Assembly: GCA_965644295.1 (NCBI GenBank)
Contig: CBFFRP010000145.1
Span: 62,001-126,000, forward strand
Direction: 5' to 3'
Length of the DNA stretch: 64,000 bases
Origin: Paraphysomonas bandaiensis
Taxonomy: Eukaryota; Protista; Chrysophyceae
The translations under genes and the position numbers were made by a program. This document shows, piece after piece, positions 39,785 through 51,569 of this stretch (positions within the stretch are counted from its first letter, which is position 1; every line of letters begins with the position of its first letter). The notes beneath the pieces are model-generated. The model made no database searches, was not told the origin of the DNA, and was given only the letters and a program-made list of their open reading frames with translations.

Positions 39785-39899
39785 CGTAGTGGGTTTAGTT
39801 ATCATACGATCTTAATGACTAGTACTAAATGAGGTATCTACACAAGTGTATAATTACTGAGTAACGATACTACTATATTGCATATGTTCCCTAGCCCTG
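39785..39899 (-). mobile_element. Partial inverted copy of the hAT MITE
   Basis: Reverse complement matches ~36190-36288 and ends in the TIR GTTCCCTAGCCCTG. Confidence 0.8.
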
Positions 39900-40659
39900 A
39901 TTAAGAGAATGGATAAGATTATTATCTTGAACCTGGACATTTGTCCTTCTCAAGCTATTCTGCATATCAAGAAACCATGCTCCGTTTTCTTCAAACTCAA
40001 ACTTAAAGCCAGGAAAAATTCCTACCAACTTGCTTTCAGGTTAATCCTCTTCCCCTTGAACTAGAGGTAGCATTTGTTGCAAGATGTCAACGCGAGCTTG
40101 CAAATATTTGCAATCTTACTGTGCCTTCTCCAATTTCTTGCTCTCTCTTGCGAACCTCTACTTGTATAGCTTTAACTCTTTATATACATCATTTCTATCA
40201 AGCCTCTTTCTTACAGGGCCTCAATGAGGCTCACTATCTGAACAAAATTTGCAAATCATCCTCTTTTGGTGCAGTGGTAATGAGATATTTGAAATTGTGA
40301 ATGCTTTTCAGATTGACAGGACTTTTTAAACTTTGAAAATTCAAAAAAGCCGCATCTTGAACAGGCATGTACAAATTCAAATTCAAATTCTGCTCGTTCC
40401 CACTGATAGACTAATCATGAATACTATGCAATGGAATAATATCAAGTAAGTTGATATTATACGATGCATAGTTCTTATGATTGCACTGACTCACAGTTGA
40501 ACTGCTGCTGATGCATGAGAAATGGGTCCTGTACTTCATAGAATACTACAACTACGGCTGGAATACAGACAATCAGTATCCTCCAGCACATGCAGCAGGA
40601 TGCCGCTAGAGTCGCTCCATGAGGATACAAACAATCTTCAGTGTTCTCAAGTTTTTAAT

Positions 40660-41619
40660 ATGATGCAACTGTTTATACCGCTAACTCTCTGTGCAGGTCT
40701 TGCTGGTGCAGCCAAAGACGACCCTGAGGCATTCACAGGCCCATACGCCACTAAGTTGGCAGTGTTTCCACTGGATTCCGACATTAAGAACCCGGAAGAA
40801 GACAAGGTGTCGGTATGGTACCCTTCAGGCTATATGAACGACGGAGAGAAGAGTTTCAATGACTCTGTAAAATTCAAATTTATCTCTTACGCGCACGGTA
40901 TGTTCGGCGGTGGCATTCTTGATGTCCCTGCATACGATGAACTCTTGAGCGCAATGGCGTCTTTTGGATACATTATTGGTGCAACCCACCAATGTGATGT
41001 GGGATGTTTCGATGATTGCATGAGCTTGCCACATGATCCTCCATGTTTTGGACACTATTATAAGAAACAGCTCGCTGTGTTTGACTGGGCCAAGAAATGC
41101 TCCGATGACGTTAGTGATTGTGCAGAGCCTTTCATCCATGTGGACTGGTCTGATGGTGTCGGGATTGCAGGCCACAGTATGGGCGGTCAAGCAACACTTT
41201 TTTCCTCTACTGAAGGAAATGCCTCAGCTTATGACATTCGCGCGGCGGTAATGCACCATGCCTATACACATACCTTCCCACCGCCAAGCATTCCATTTCT
41301 AGATTTTACTAGCGAGGAGGATAGTACTGCACCACCAGATACAATGGCAGTACCTATATACACTGCAGCTGATGGGGCTGACCTTCCAAGAGGTTTAGTA
41401 GATAAGACATACGCAGGGCACCATGAACCCGATATTACTTCAATGGACCGAAATGGTATCCAACTTTTGGCGCAGTTCTCGGCTGCTTGGTTCAAAGTAT
41501 ATTTGGACAAGAAAACTTCTGATTTTGGTGTTGACTTCGAGGCAATGATATATGGTTCTGGAATTGATGGAATATGCTCCGGTGGGGATGGAGCTATGAC
41601 ACGCTGCACTGTTGAATGA
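40660..41619 (+). CDS. Secreted alpha/beta-hydrolase, chlorophyllase/cutinase-like; intronless
   Basis: Signal peptide MMQLFIPLTLCAGLAGA, VWYP, YAHG, ASFGYII, nucleophile elbow AGHSMGG, Asp in EEDSTAP and His in AGHHEP. Confidence 0.85.
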   Translation: MMQLFIPLTLCAGLAGAAKDDPEAFTGPYATKLAVFPLDSDIKNPEEDKVSVWYPSGYMNDGEKSFNDSVKFKFISYAHGMFGGGILDVPAYDELLSAMASFGYIIGATHQCDVGCFDDCMSLPHDPPCFGHYYKKQLAVFDWAKKCSDDVSDCAEPFIHVDWSDGVGIAGHSMGGQATLFSSTEGNASAYDIRAAVMHHAYTHTFPPPSIPFLDFTSEEDSTAPPDTMAVPIYTAADGADLPRGLVDKTYAGHHEPDITSMDRNGIQLLAQFSAAWFKVYLDKKTSDFGVDFEAMIYGSGIDGICSGGDGAMTRCTVE

Positions 41620-42830
41620 ACGAATGAAAACCGGGAATGCATTATATTTGTACTCCACATGGCCTTGTCTGATGTGTAGGTAATCCATAGTTATTAGGGG
41701 TTACTTGTATTTGTCGAATACGTGACGAAAAATTGCAGAGTTATGTGCAATGATGCTTGACTGACGGCAACTATGCGGTCATTCGTATTCTGTTATCCAG
41801 TTCATTTACACAATTCTCTGTCATCCTAGTGTGTTACAGGGCCCGATAACAATATGCTGTCAGCAAAAACAAATAATAATATAAAGACCGATAATAAATA
41901 TATATATAGCTCAATCGGTAGTAACTAGGTAGTAGAGGTTACAACATGATGATGAAAACCAGACAAAGGAATTTACATAGCAGAGGCGGTCGCAGGCGTT
42001 GACTAGATAGAGGTTGCCGGCATACTAGGCCATCACAATTACAAATACACTTTCTGTAAAATCAATATTTTCCATGCCACGGAACGGATTCTCACGTCAA
42101 AATATGGCACTGCCGTCTTTCTGAAACACGCCGGCCGTACGTCACACACCCCATAATTACTGATTTTTAAACCCTTTGTGATATATGGACGCTCAAAAAT
42201 ACACCCCATAATCTTGATCGCGCACCTGATTACTGGAAAGAGAGTGGTGCCTAACTTCCACATAAACTGGCTCTGACAGATTGTCTTGATTTTCCATGCG
42301 GCTCCATTTCACAGACACAAGAATCCGCCTTCCAGTGACACAAGGAGAGACCCTGGGAACTACAACGACACCCGACCTTACCAACTTGGAGTGCCGCCAT
42401 TCTCAAGAGACTATCAAGCAGAACCTGGAATGCCTCACTACCACAAGTTGAGAGATTCTGGACGGAAACAATTACCAAGGCCCAGCTGGAAAAAGTGTTT
42501 GGCGGGCAAACACTTTTTCGTACTCTGCTTTAACCTCGCGAGGACTTCGTACTCTAGAAGTAGCAGTTGTCAAACTTCTCCAGCCGCTTAACGTTGCAGC
42601 CAAACAAATGCTTCAAGACCGTTTGTCATTACGTTACCACACCCAGAGGGCCACATATAGAGTCTCCTCAGAATACGCCAGAAACGTAGCAACACACGAT
42701 TGAAACGTAGAACACACAACTGAAACCGCTGGTTCTTCACTTACTAGGTGTAACGCAGAGACCTAGCTTACCCCACACGTCTACCTCTCTCACAATCCCT
42801 GCAAGTGTGGAAACGCCACGGTACCGTATC

Positions 42831-42950
42831 GGCATCCTTTGTATATTTTTGTTCAAAGATGCCTCAAATATTGAGACAACAATTATCTGTATTCCAGCCG
42901 TAGTTGTATTTCAGAAATATTAAGTAATATTTGCTTCAATTTATTTCCGA
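42831..42950 (+). repeat. ~120-bp dispersed repeat (second copy at 51325-51443)
   Basis: ggcatcctttgtatatttttgttcaaagatgcc...ttgcttcaatttatt is present at both loci with few mismatches. Confidence 0.85.
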
Positions 42951-43223
42951 TACGACAGCCTCCGCCAGCTAATTCTCTGTCCCAGGCTCAACACGCGGCT
43001 CGCACCATATCCAGACACGACGGCACCCCAATCCACCCCCTCGCCCATGTTTCTCAGGCTAGGTACACTCGACTCACTAATTCAGAATCCTGTGCCTCCA
43101 CAGTGTCCAGCAGAGCCCTATCTCAAGGGACGCCCCCCTGACTAACCCCACCTGCACTTCCAGGACTCACGTTCATAGAGATTTTCTCCCTCACATACAA
43201 AAATGGAAAGTGGTCTCACCTTG

Positions 43224-43295
43224 TTGGTGCTGCGGCGACGCACAAGCAGCTTTCATAGCGTTATATAGAAGGATATGAGAAATTTTACTAGTTTT
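43224..43295 (+). repeat. Module Y copy (hairpin followed by CTAG)
   Basis: ttggtgctgcggcgacgcacaagcagctttcatagc matches 13672-13710. Confidence 0.7.
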
Positions 43296-44325
43296 AGTTA
43301 CAGGTAGAAGTCTATCTAGCTTTACTAGTTTTCATCTAACTACTTATCTGGTGCTGATTCTCGACGCCTATTGCTAATATTAAGACTTTCATATATATAT
43401 GATGATGAAATCCCAATAACAATAATGCAGCAACTTGTACTCTAGGTATTCAACTCTTTGTCAACGTCGTCTTCATTATCGTCATGATGATTGGACGGTC
43501 CATCATCGATGACATGTTGTATTGTCTTAGAGATCAACAAGTGTTTGTTGAAGCGAATGAAGTTAAACGCGTCGTGGGGTCATTTCTTGTCGCAAGTATG
43601 TCATGGCGTCATGATAATATATCGGATTTCACCTGCTGGGCAGAGGTTTGTCAGTGACAATGAAACAGGGAAGAAAAATATATTCGGTCAGTCTTTTGTA
43701 CGAGGAGGACAGCGTTTCGAGTAATATATGAGTTACGAGTTACGTGATTATGAAGAGTAATTTATGATTAATCAAATATATTTTCAACGACACACAAGCA
43801 TCATGAACAATATATATCATGCATTGCGAGGTAAAATAATCATAATTATACTGTAAAAAAGTAAAAAAATTTTACTTGGACGTGGTGTATTAGAAATATA
43901 TGAAGTGTATATCAAGTCTATGAGTTGCTGTTGTCAATGAATGACTATAGCATAGGTTACAGGTACATGTATGTTGTAATCGTAAAATTTGTGTGAGCAG
44001 CAACTCGTGTAGAATTGTGGCTTCAGAAACGTACATCAAGTCAGGCATGGTATGTGCTTGAAATACTGATGGCACACTAAAAATTGAAAATCAAACAGCC
44101 GACGTCATTACGATAACAACCAAACATAAAGTGTAGATGCACCATAGTCTACTACCTATGGAAATGAATACTGGATGGAGTTGGAGTGCAAACTAGACTG
44201 AATAAAAATACGTTGCAGTCCTGAAAACGCAATACACTAATAATCTAACGGTATAAATTCACAGAACGACTTTTCACAGGCACTGCTGAGGTTCACCAGT
44301 GCTGTATAATAGTAGGACAGTCTAA

Positions 44326-45480
44326 TCAATATGTCAACGTAATTTGAACAGGAGGGTATCCCTGAAACCAAGACGTATTATTCAGAGCACAATTCATTTC
44401 GTCGATTTGATGTATTGATAATAACATGCGGACCCAACCGGTTCCGTCGTGAAAAGAACCATCAGGTCGCCTGGTAATGCTCATATTGAGTTCGGCCCCT
44501 AGTACAGGGCCGTAAGGAGAGAAAACGTCGTATAGTAGTCGAATTGTTGCGAAAGGGGGCAGACCGCTTAACTGGGCTGACGCCTCCCTAAGCCCCGCAG
44601 GAAAGGTAACTGCTTGAGGCGGTCCCGTGTCCACAAAGAAAGGTGTGGACAGTGTAGGAGATACAACAGCAGGGACAGCCATCCTAGGGGACGTAGGGAA
44701 TGGGACGCTAATGCCTATTGCGTGTATGGGGTACGACGGGACGGAATAGGTCCACTGTCCACTTGGAATTGGGCTCAGACCTGAAGCCACACTTTCAGGT
44801 GGCCCCTCTAAGATATCACTCGAGTTTGATATGGACGGACTAATGATAGCAGGTGAGAGAGCTGGGGGAGGAGGACGAGCATAATGAACGGATATGGCCG
44901 CCCAGCCTCCCGGGAGAGTAACCCCGTGCATGGCCCGCAGGGCTGCATCACATTCTGAGGCAAGGTTATACTCTATGAATGCAATTCCCCTGGATGTCAC
45001 CCGGTCAGCCTCTAGCAGCAACCGGCACTCTATTATGTCCCCATACTGCAAACAAAATTACAATATCCACGCAGTGGTATAGATATATCAACCTGTGCGA
45101 ACACCTTCCGCACCTCGTCCTCTGAATATGTTCGAGGAAGTTTGGAAACGTGCAGCTTCCTGTTCTGGATGTCCTCTGGTTTGCGCCTGGCCAAGGACAC
45201 TTTGAGGTGTTTGTTGCCCATCTCTAGCCCATTCTTTGCAGATATAGCGCTTGCGGCGTCTTCAGCACGATTAAATTTAACAAATCCGTAGGTGAGACTT
45301 TCGCCTGTCTCCTTATTTCTTGCAATCTTAGCTTGTAATATTTCTCCGTGTTCAGCAAACATGTTCTACACATAACTGTTACTGGCACACCACCCTCATG
45401 CCTGAACATACACATACCCATAAACTCGCATCATCGACATATCTAGGTAAATAATTAACAATAAGATTGCATTGATCCAT
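44326..45480 (-). CDS. ELAV/Sxl-like multi-RRM RNA-binding protein; 3 exons
   Basis: RNP2 NLIVNYLP, RNP1 TYGFVKF, a second RRM (KLHVSKLP..RGIAFIEY) and a degenerate third RRM. Introns at ~45366-45417 and 45046-45092. Confidence 0.88.
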
Positions 45481-46972
45481 AATCGAAACTCTATTAAGGG
45501 GATAATGGGATGCTCTTCAGCCTGATGTGGTGAGATTCCCCACTGGTTGAATCAGTGAATTGTCTGGGTTGAGTTATCGTCACAGTGAGCAGATAGGGGG
45601 ATTTCAGGTTAACTGTCTATCTGCCAATGAGCTGCCAGCAATCCGGATCTTTCGAATTTGTTTCGTTTTTCTACATATCTTCAGTTTCGTTGGGGATTAT
45701 TTTGTAGCACACTGCGGTATGTTATCGTGGATCTTCAACACAAAAAAATCCTTCTGGAATTCATCCCACATCAACAATGTGATCCACATTGTTGGGAGGT
45801 GACTAGGAATTCCTACGAAAAAAATTGTAGGATTCTAAAAATCTAGGTATTTATGCACGGGTGAGATAAAAATATTGGGGCTAACTGCATAAAATATCAA
45901 CAAGCAACGCACACAGAAACTTCTGCTTGCAATCATTCCTGTTGATTAAAGCAATTAGTCTATCTAGCATATTATGTTCACTTTATATAGCTTAAGCTGT
46001 CTAAACTCTAAACCGTTTATGCAGAGTGTTATGCATTAATGATAGTTTGTAGGAGGGGCCCGGGGGGTCTCCTAAAAAAACATAAATCTGCATAATTTAT
46101 GCGTTTATGTATTCATGCAATTTAAAAAGAAAAAAACATAAGAGAGAAGAAAAGTAAAAAACAAAATTTGTTTTTTGTATTACCATTAGTACCTTTGAAA
46201 ATGCCATTGTACCACTGTCTAGTTTCAGGACATTAGATTGTTGGTCACCCCGAGCTCTATGGTTAGGGTGGTGCTGAAACCTCAGTAGATATCGGAGAGC
46301 ATGTCAGTGCAAAGCCCTCCTCATCGAAACCCCTGGATACTGGGTACAATTCATGTGTATACTGATACGTTTATTTCAGTGGAGTGATGAACCCATATCC
46401 TCAGAGGGGTATAATGTTCCATAAGTCACTTGTCTTCTTGTTACGTTAATGGGCCAGAACAAGAAAGTGTTATTAGTTTTCGTTGTTGTATGGTGCAGAC
46501 GATGCGGCAATTAAACCGAGTAGTGACATCAAGCGAGAGAGAGGATGACCGTCAGTCTTGCGGAGCACTACATCAGTACAGGGCGTGCACACGTTCACAC
46601 CTCAAACTCTTGCTAGAGTTCATACGCCAGCGCCTGTTTACTACTACTAAACACTATGAGCTATGACCTAACGGCAGACTTGGTTGGGAAACGATTGAGG
46701 ATAAGAGTGCAAAGCTTGAAATTATTTAGTTAAAAGTCCCTAACCCGTCAGAAACGTTCACTGTATGTTTTATGATGTTGTAAACGTACCATTTCAAACA
46801 CCTTTGATCTCTAGCTTATGTAGAATTTATTATTTATTATACGTCATAAAACTTATCCTCTAACGCGTTGTGTATGTAGCATATTAAGTCTAATTTTTGC
46901 AGTTATATCAACTATACTGAAGGTATAATTGCAGATGAATAAGGTTGTAATATCAATTTAGTGTAGTTATAT

Positions 46973-47063
46973 CAGGGCTAGGAAACAATATATTGCAATA
47001 CTATTGATGGAGATTTTAAACAGGCCCAACAATACAATTACAGTATATTGTTTCCTAGCCCTG
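46973..47063. mobile_element. hAT-type MITE, 91-bp deletion derivative
   Basis: TIRs CAGGGCTAGGAAACAATAT / ATATTGTTTCCTAGCCCTG and an 8-bp TSD AGTTATAT (46965-72, 47064-71). Confidence 0.88.
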
Positions 47064-48137
47064 AGTTATATCAACTTCTCCCGTTGGGATGAATTGTTTC
47101 CAACAAAAGTGTCTCGGCCATGAACTGTTCTCTCCCCTTGTTTAATTTGGAAGTTGACTTTGCGTAATAGCAAGGTATTTGTTGTAGTCATTATTCGATT
47201 ACCAACGGCTTTTCTGGGTGCTTATTTGTAGTGTAGTGGTCGAATCCTTATAATGAAGCAGTACTAAAGATTAAGTCGGGCGAGTTACCTTTAGTGTACA
47301 GCATATTGATACCTTCAATTCATATTGTGACTAGAATCTGAAATATACCCACTTATAAAGCGTATATTCAGGATTCAGGCCATAACCTCGATGCAGAATA
47401 TTTTCCTCGAAGGGGGTAGAATAGCTGTCTCCTTGAAAGTAGAGAGAAGATGAGGGTATATGATCGACAGAATTAATTTCATATTTTTTAGTGAGATATA
47501 CTCCTACCACCCGGTAGAGAAATAAATTTGAGTGAAAAGTGTAGTATAGACTTTTTTCTAGCTAGTACTTACGATTTCTAAAGTACCCAATAAAGTGGTG
47601 GCAGTTGAGGGTTGAGGGTACTATGTATCATATAAGCCGCCAAAAGCACAGATGACGCTAAGTTCTTGTGCCTACTCTATGTACCCACCTCCTCAAGTCA
47701 TCTTGACTATTCATGCAAATTCTAAAATAATTTAGTTGTGGTTAGTGACAAACCATGAAACATTACTCTCCCCGCTCTATGGCAAAAAATCGTGGGACTT
47801 CTCGCTATCTGGCTTGATAGTGCAGGCCTACAAGACATCAGTTTAGCCTCCTTCAGACTACTCAGCAATTCTCGTAACGGTGATTTAGTCACACATGTAT
47901 TGTGTAGATCGAGCCAGCGCTTTCTTCGCGCCACACATAAGAAATGTCATGATCCACATATATCAGGGACAATATATTTTTATAGTACATTATAAATCGA
48001 GAAAGTACAATGAACAAGGAAATCGAATTCAGTGGTGCAGATTGAGCGTAAAATATTCTAACTAGCAACTTGTCAATAAGATATACATTCTATTAACGAA
48101 TATAGGGGGAAACTGATTTCATGAATTCTGAGTGTCA

Positions 48138-48734
48138 TCAGTCATTGTCAGTCGTCAACACCTTTAATTCAAAATACCCGCTGCCTCCTGGTCCATCGTC
48201 TATTTCTCTGACGAATATACCTCCGACTATTTCAAGAATTGTAATTTCCACTGTGGTATACACTTGGCTTCCAGAGAGTAGATGGCCACCAATTGTTGCC
48301 CCCATCTTATCAGAGCATGAAATATGGACATGCCCACTCCCCGTATAATCGGGGGTCCTGCTTTTCTGAAAATCTAAATTTCCAACTAAACTTACGATTT
48401 CGAAAGGGCCTCTCAAGAATGTTCCATCTTCCTGATCAGCATAACGAATATTGGCCGTGAGTAACGACCCGACGGCAGATACTATAGTCGCCGCAGTCAT
48501 ATTCTTTACACGAGAATATCGGTAAAGACTCTCCAACAAGTCTTCATTCGGCGCTAATCGAAGAACGTGGTGTCTGCTCTCTGTAAATTGAGCAGTCTCA
48601 TGGGATAACTCTTTAGCTTGCAGCCACATCACATCTGCTTCATCTCCTTGAATATGGTCACTACACGCACTGTGACTGCTTGAAATTAAGAAAATCGTGA
48701 TAGTGACCAGTAGAGGAAACATCTTTCGATCCAT
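48138..48734 (-). CDS. PPC/DUF296-domain protein with signal peptide
   Basis: HVLRLAPNEDL, SAVGSL, GPFEIVSLVG, HVHISCSD...IGGHL and TTVEITI. Likely start MDRKMFPLLVTITIFLISSSHS. Confidence 0.88.
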   Translation of the reverse strand: MDRKMFPLLVTITIFLISSSHSACSDHIQGDEADVMWLQAKELSHETAQFTESRHHVLRLAPNEDLLESLYRYSRVKNMTAATIVSAVGSLLTANIRYADQEDGTFLRGPFEIVSLVGNLDFQKSRTPDYTGSGHVHISCSDKMGATIGGHLLSGSQVYTTVEITILEIVGGIFVREIDDGPGGSGYFELKVLTTDND

Positions 48735-50257
48735 ATAAGCAGCACTCAACTGGAAATATATTAAGATATATACTATGTATATATATGAATATATACATAT
48801 ATACACAGTGCGTGCATCTACACATGCACACCTGCTACGAAGGAATACCGCATAACGTAGTACAGTGTATCCAACAATTGCACAGAGAATACAGTGCACT
48901 CGCGTTAAGATAGCAGATATATGGTGACGAATAGCGGAATTTTGCTTGGTACGGGCTTTTTTGCATAAAACCCCTATTTTTTTGTAGAAATCTAATTTTT
49001 GTAGAAATCTAATTATGTACGCTGTGCGTATCTGTATCTGTGGAATTGCGTCTACCAGCCTAGCCGAACACTCCAACCTTCTTGCTTCAGTTACAGTGTA
49101 TAGCGAACGCCGCACTGGAATGGTTCGCAGCACATTTCATTTCAACTGATAGAGCGGAGCAGTGAGCGGATACTCCTAGCGTAAGGTAACTCAGAGTGCT
49201 ATTGACAGGAGTTGTATGCTGGTGATGACATTAACGGTATGCACCCAATGCATACATGATAGCATGAAGATACATCTGAGGTCATGAAGAAGTATGTGTG
49301 AATCAAGATTTACTGCTTTCATTGCCCTATGACGATAGAAGGCATACATCAAAAGGTCCAACGGTTGGCTGGCGCCTGTAATTTGTCGTGATGGTGGTTT
49401 TCCTTAAAAAAGTGCCGTCCTTAAAAAGTGGTTTTCTAACCATCTACAAAGGATTTCTACCCCCAGATGTACGAATTACGACTGACTCGGTAGTCATATC
49501 ACTTCCTGGACTGTTTACTAGAGAACTATATATTATATATTGTCAATAAATTAGAACAATAAATGTATGTCTTGTGGAGTATAGACGACGATGTGAGTAT
49601 CATACACTCGATATAAAGAAGTTGTGACTTCTGTGAAATCACTTGTAATATTTTCCTTAATTTATAATGTCTTCTGCAGACACATGACATATAATTTAGG
49701 TTTTTATCCACTTGACATTGTGTATTATGTATTAGACAACCTACCTCAATGTATATAGTGGTACGATTATGAAAGCAATACAATTACACTTATATAGTGA
49801 ATAAATAGTAGTTTCATGTTGTACATGATAGTCATTATAGAACAGCACAAAGACAATGATTTATAGATAATAGGCTTTCTCTAATTAAATATAAGCTATT
49901 CAACTCCACGAATACTACGCAGTATTGTTCTATTGATCACCCAATTCAATACTATGAGATTACTGCCAAATACTAATAATGCAGTGAAATAGTAAATATT
50001 TTATTAATTGTATTCGGAAAATTAGGACTGGCAAATACTCATGTGATACTGCCTTGCGCTCTAGCGCTGGAGGAGTCTGCGACTTCAAAAGCTTGATCAT
50101 GCCAACAAACACAAAGACTGAAGCGGTATCTCCAATTAAGCTCCATTCGATATATAAAATTCATATTATTTTATAACTAATATAAACTACCAATACGAGA
50201 AAACACACAGTCGCATCATAATTTCCTCTGCAGCATGCAATCATGGGACTTACGATC

Positions 50258-51028
50258 TCAAGATTTCCCACTGTTTCCACCCTTTGAATCTTCGTAGAGA
50301 TCCCAGCATGGTTTACAGACAGTCCGTTTTAAACATCCTAGAATCATTTTTCTTCCAAATGGAATAAATGAAGCAGAATACCATATGGCCGCCAGAATTT
50401 CAATCAAGAGGAGGAAGAGAACTAAAGCAATGTGTTGTTTCTAGTAATGGAACAGAAAATCGTTAGCCAGTAAAACTATCAGTAAACGTACAAACTCACC
50501 GAGACAGCTACTGCAAGCACTACAATAAGCATTATCAAATAAAATGCAGTAGAAAAACGGCGTGTGGGGTGCCACATCTTTATGCACTGTGATTTGGGAC
50601 CCAAAAGGAACCCCGTCGCACATAGTGCAATAATGTTACCGATAACGTAGAGAATGACAAATGTCCGAATATTTTTATCAGTTGGTCCTCCAATTAATGT
50701 TAAGGTGCCCTGTGTATCATAAGATCTATCTATCATTTTATTAGAAATACAACTTACAATGAAGGATAACAAGTATCCAAATCCAGCACACACACAGAAA
50801 CCGCCAACTCTCTAGATATTCAACAGCAAATTAATAGTGCTTGATACAAAAGAATCTATCAGATACCTGTTTGAATGTCAACTTTGGACAGCATTTCGCA
50901 CAAGCTGGTTCATCCTGGAAAGTGGGGACCATATTTTTAGCCGACTCGGTTATTTTTTGGGTCTGTGACTTCCTGCCCATTAGATCGCCCCAGGAGCTAC
51001 CACTCTCTTTTTCATTTCCACCAAACAT
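50258..51028 (-). CDS. SFT2: SFT2/Got1-family vesicle transport protein; 3 exons
   Basis: CPKLTFKQ|R.GGF, FVILYVIGNIIALCATGFLLGPKSQCIKMWHPTR, WYSASFIPFGRK. Confidence 0.88.
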
Positions 51029-51324
51029 TTTAGCAAGAGTGGAATTAGTATCAGTGATATTTGGTAATTTATGGCACGGATATTTGGAAGTATATGCGCA
51101 CACCAGGAGTCGTATTGGCTGTATGCACATCACTCGACATATCCATATGGTGTATACCGTATACCCACACTCTACGATGTACCATATATGGATATGTATG
51201 TGAACATACAGCAGTATGCAAAGATTTTTTTGCTGTATACTTTTTGTACTTACCCACTTACAGTATGTACTGCTGTACTGTGCACGTATCATGTGAAAGT
51301 ATACCACACACGCAGCATCATATT

Positions 51325-51443
51325 GGCATCCTTTGTATATTTTTGTTCAAAGATGCCTCTAATATTGAGACAATAATTATCTGTATACCAGCCGTAGTTG
51401 TATATCAGCAATATAGAAGTATTTTGCTTCAATTTATTCCCGA
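51325..51443 (+). repeat. ~120-bp dispersed repeat in the SFT2/COPG divergent promoter
   Basis: Direct match to 42831-42950. Confidence 0.85.
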
Positions 51444-51569
51444 AAAATAAGATGCTACGATATATACGTGCATCAGGTCGAGTGCTGCATGCATACAGTA
51501 CAGATAGACACGACATCATAACATCATAGAAGCAGATATCGAACACAGCAGAATCTGTCGGGTGTTATA

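Noticed and set aside
36090-39899. Composite hAT element enclosing the PHIS transposon between inverted MITE ends
   Set aside because: The outer flanks do not share an 8-bp TSD (AGCTATAT vs ATTAAGAG), and the left MITE already has its own matched TSD.
41900-43220. Retroelement remnant
   Set aside because: Looks like decayed coding DNA, but no RT, endonuclease or helicase motif could be read.
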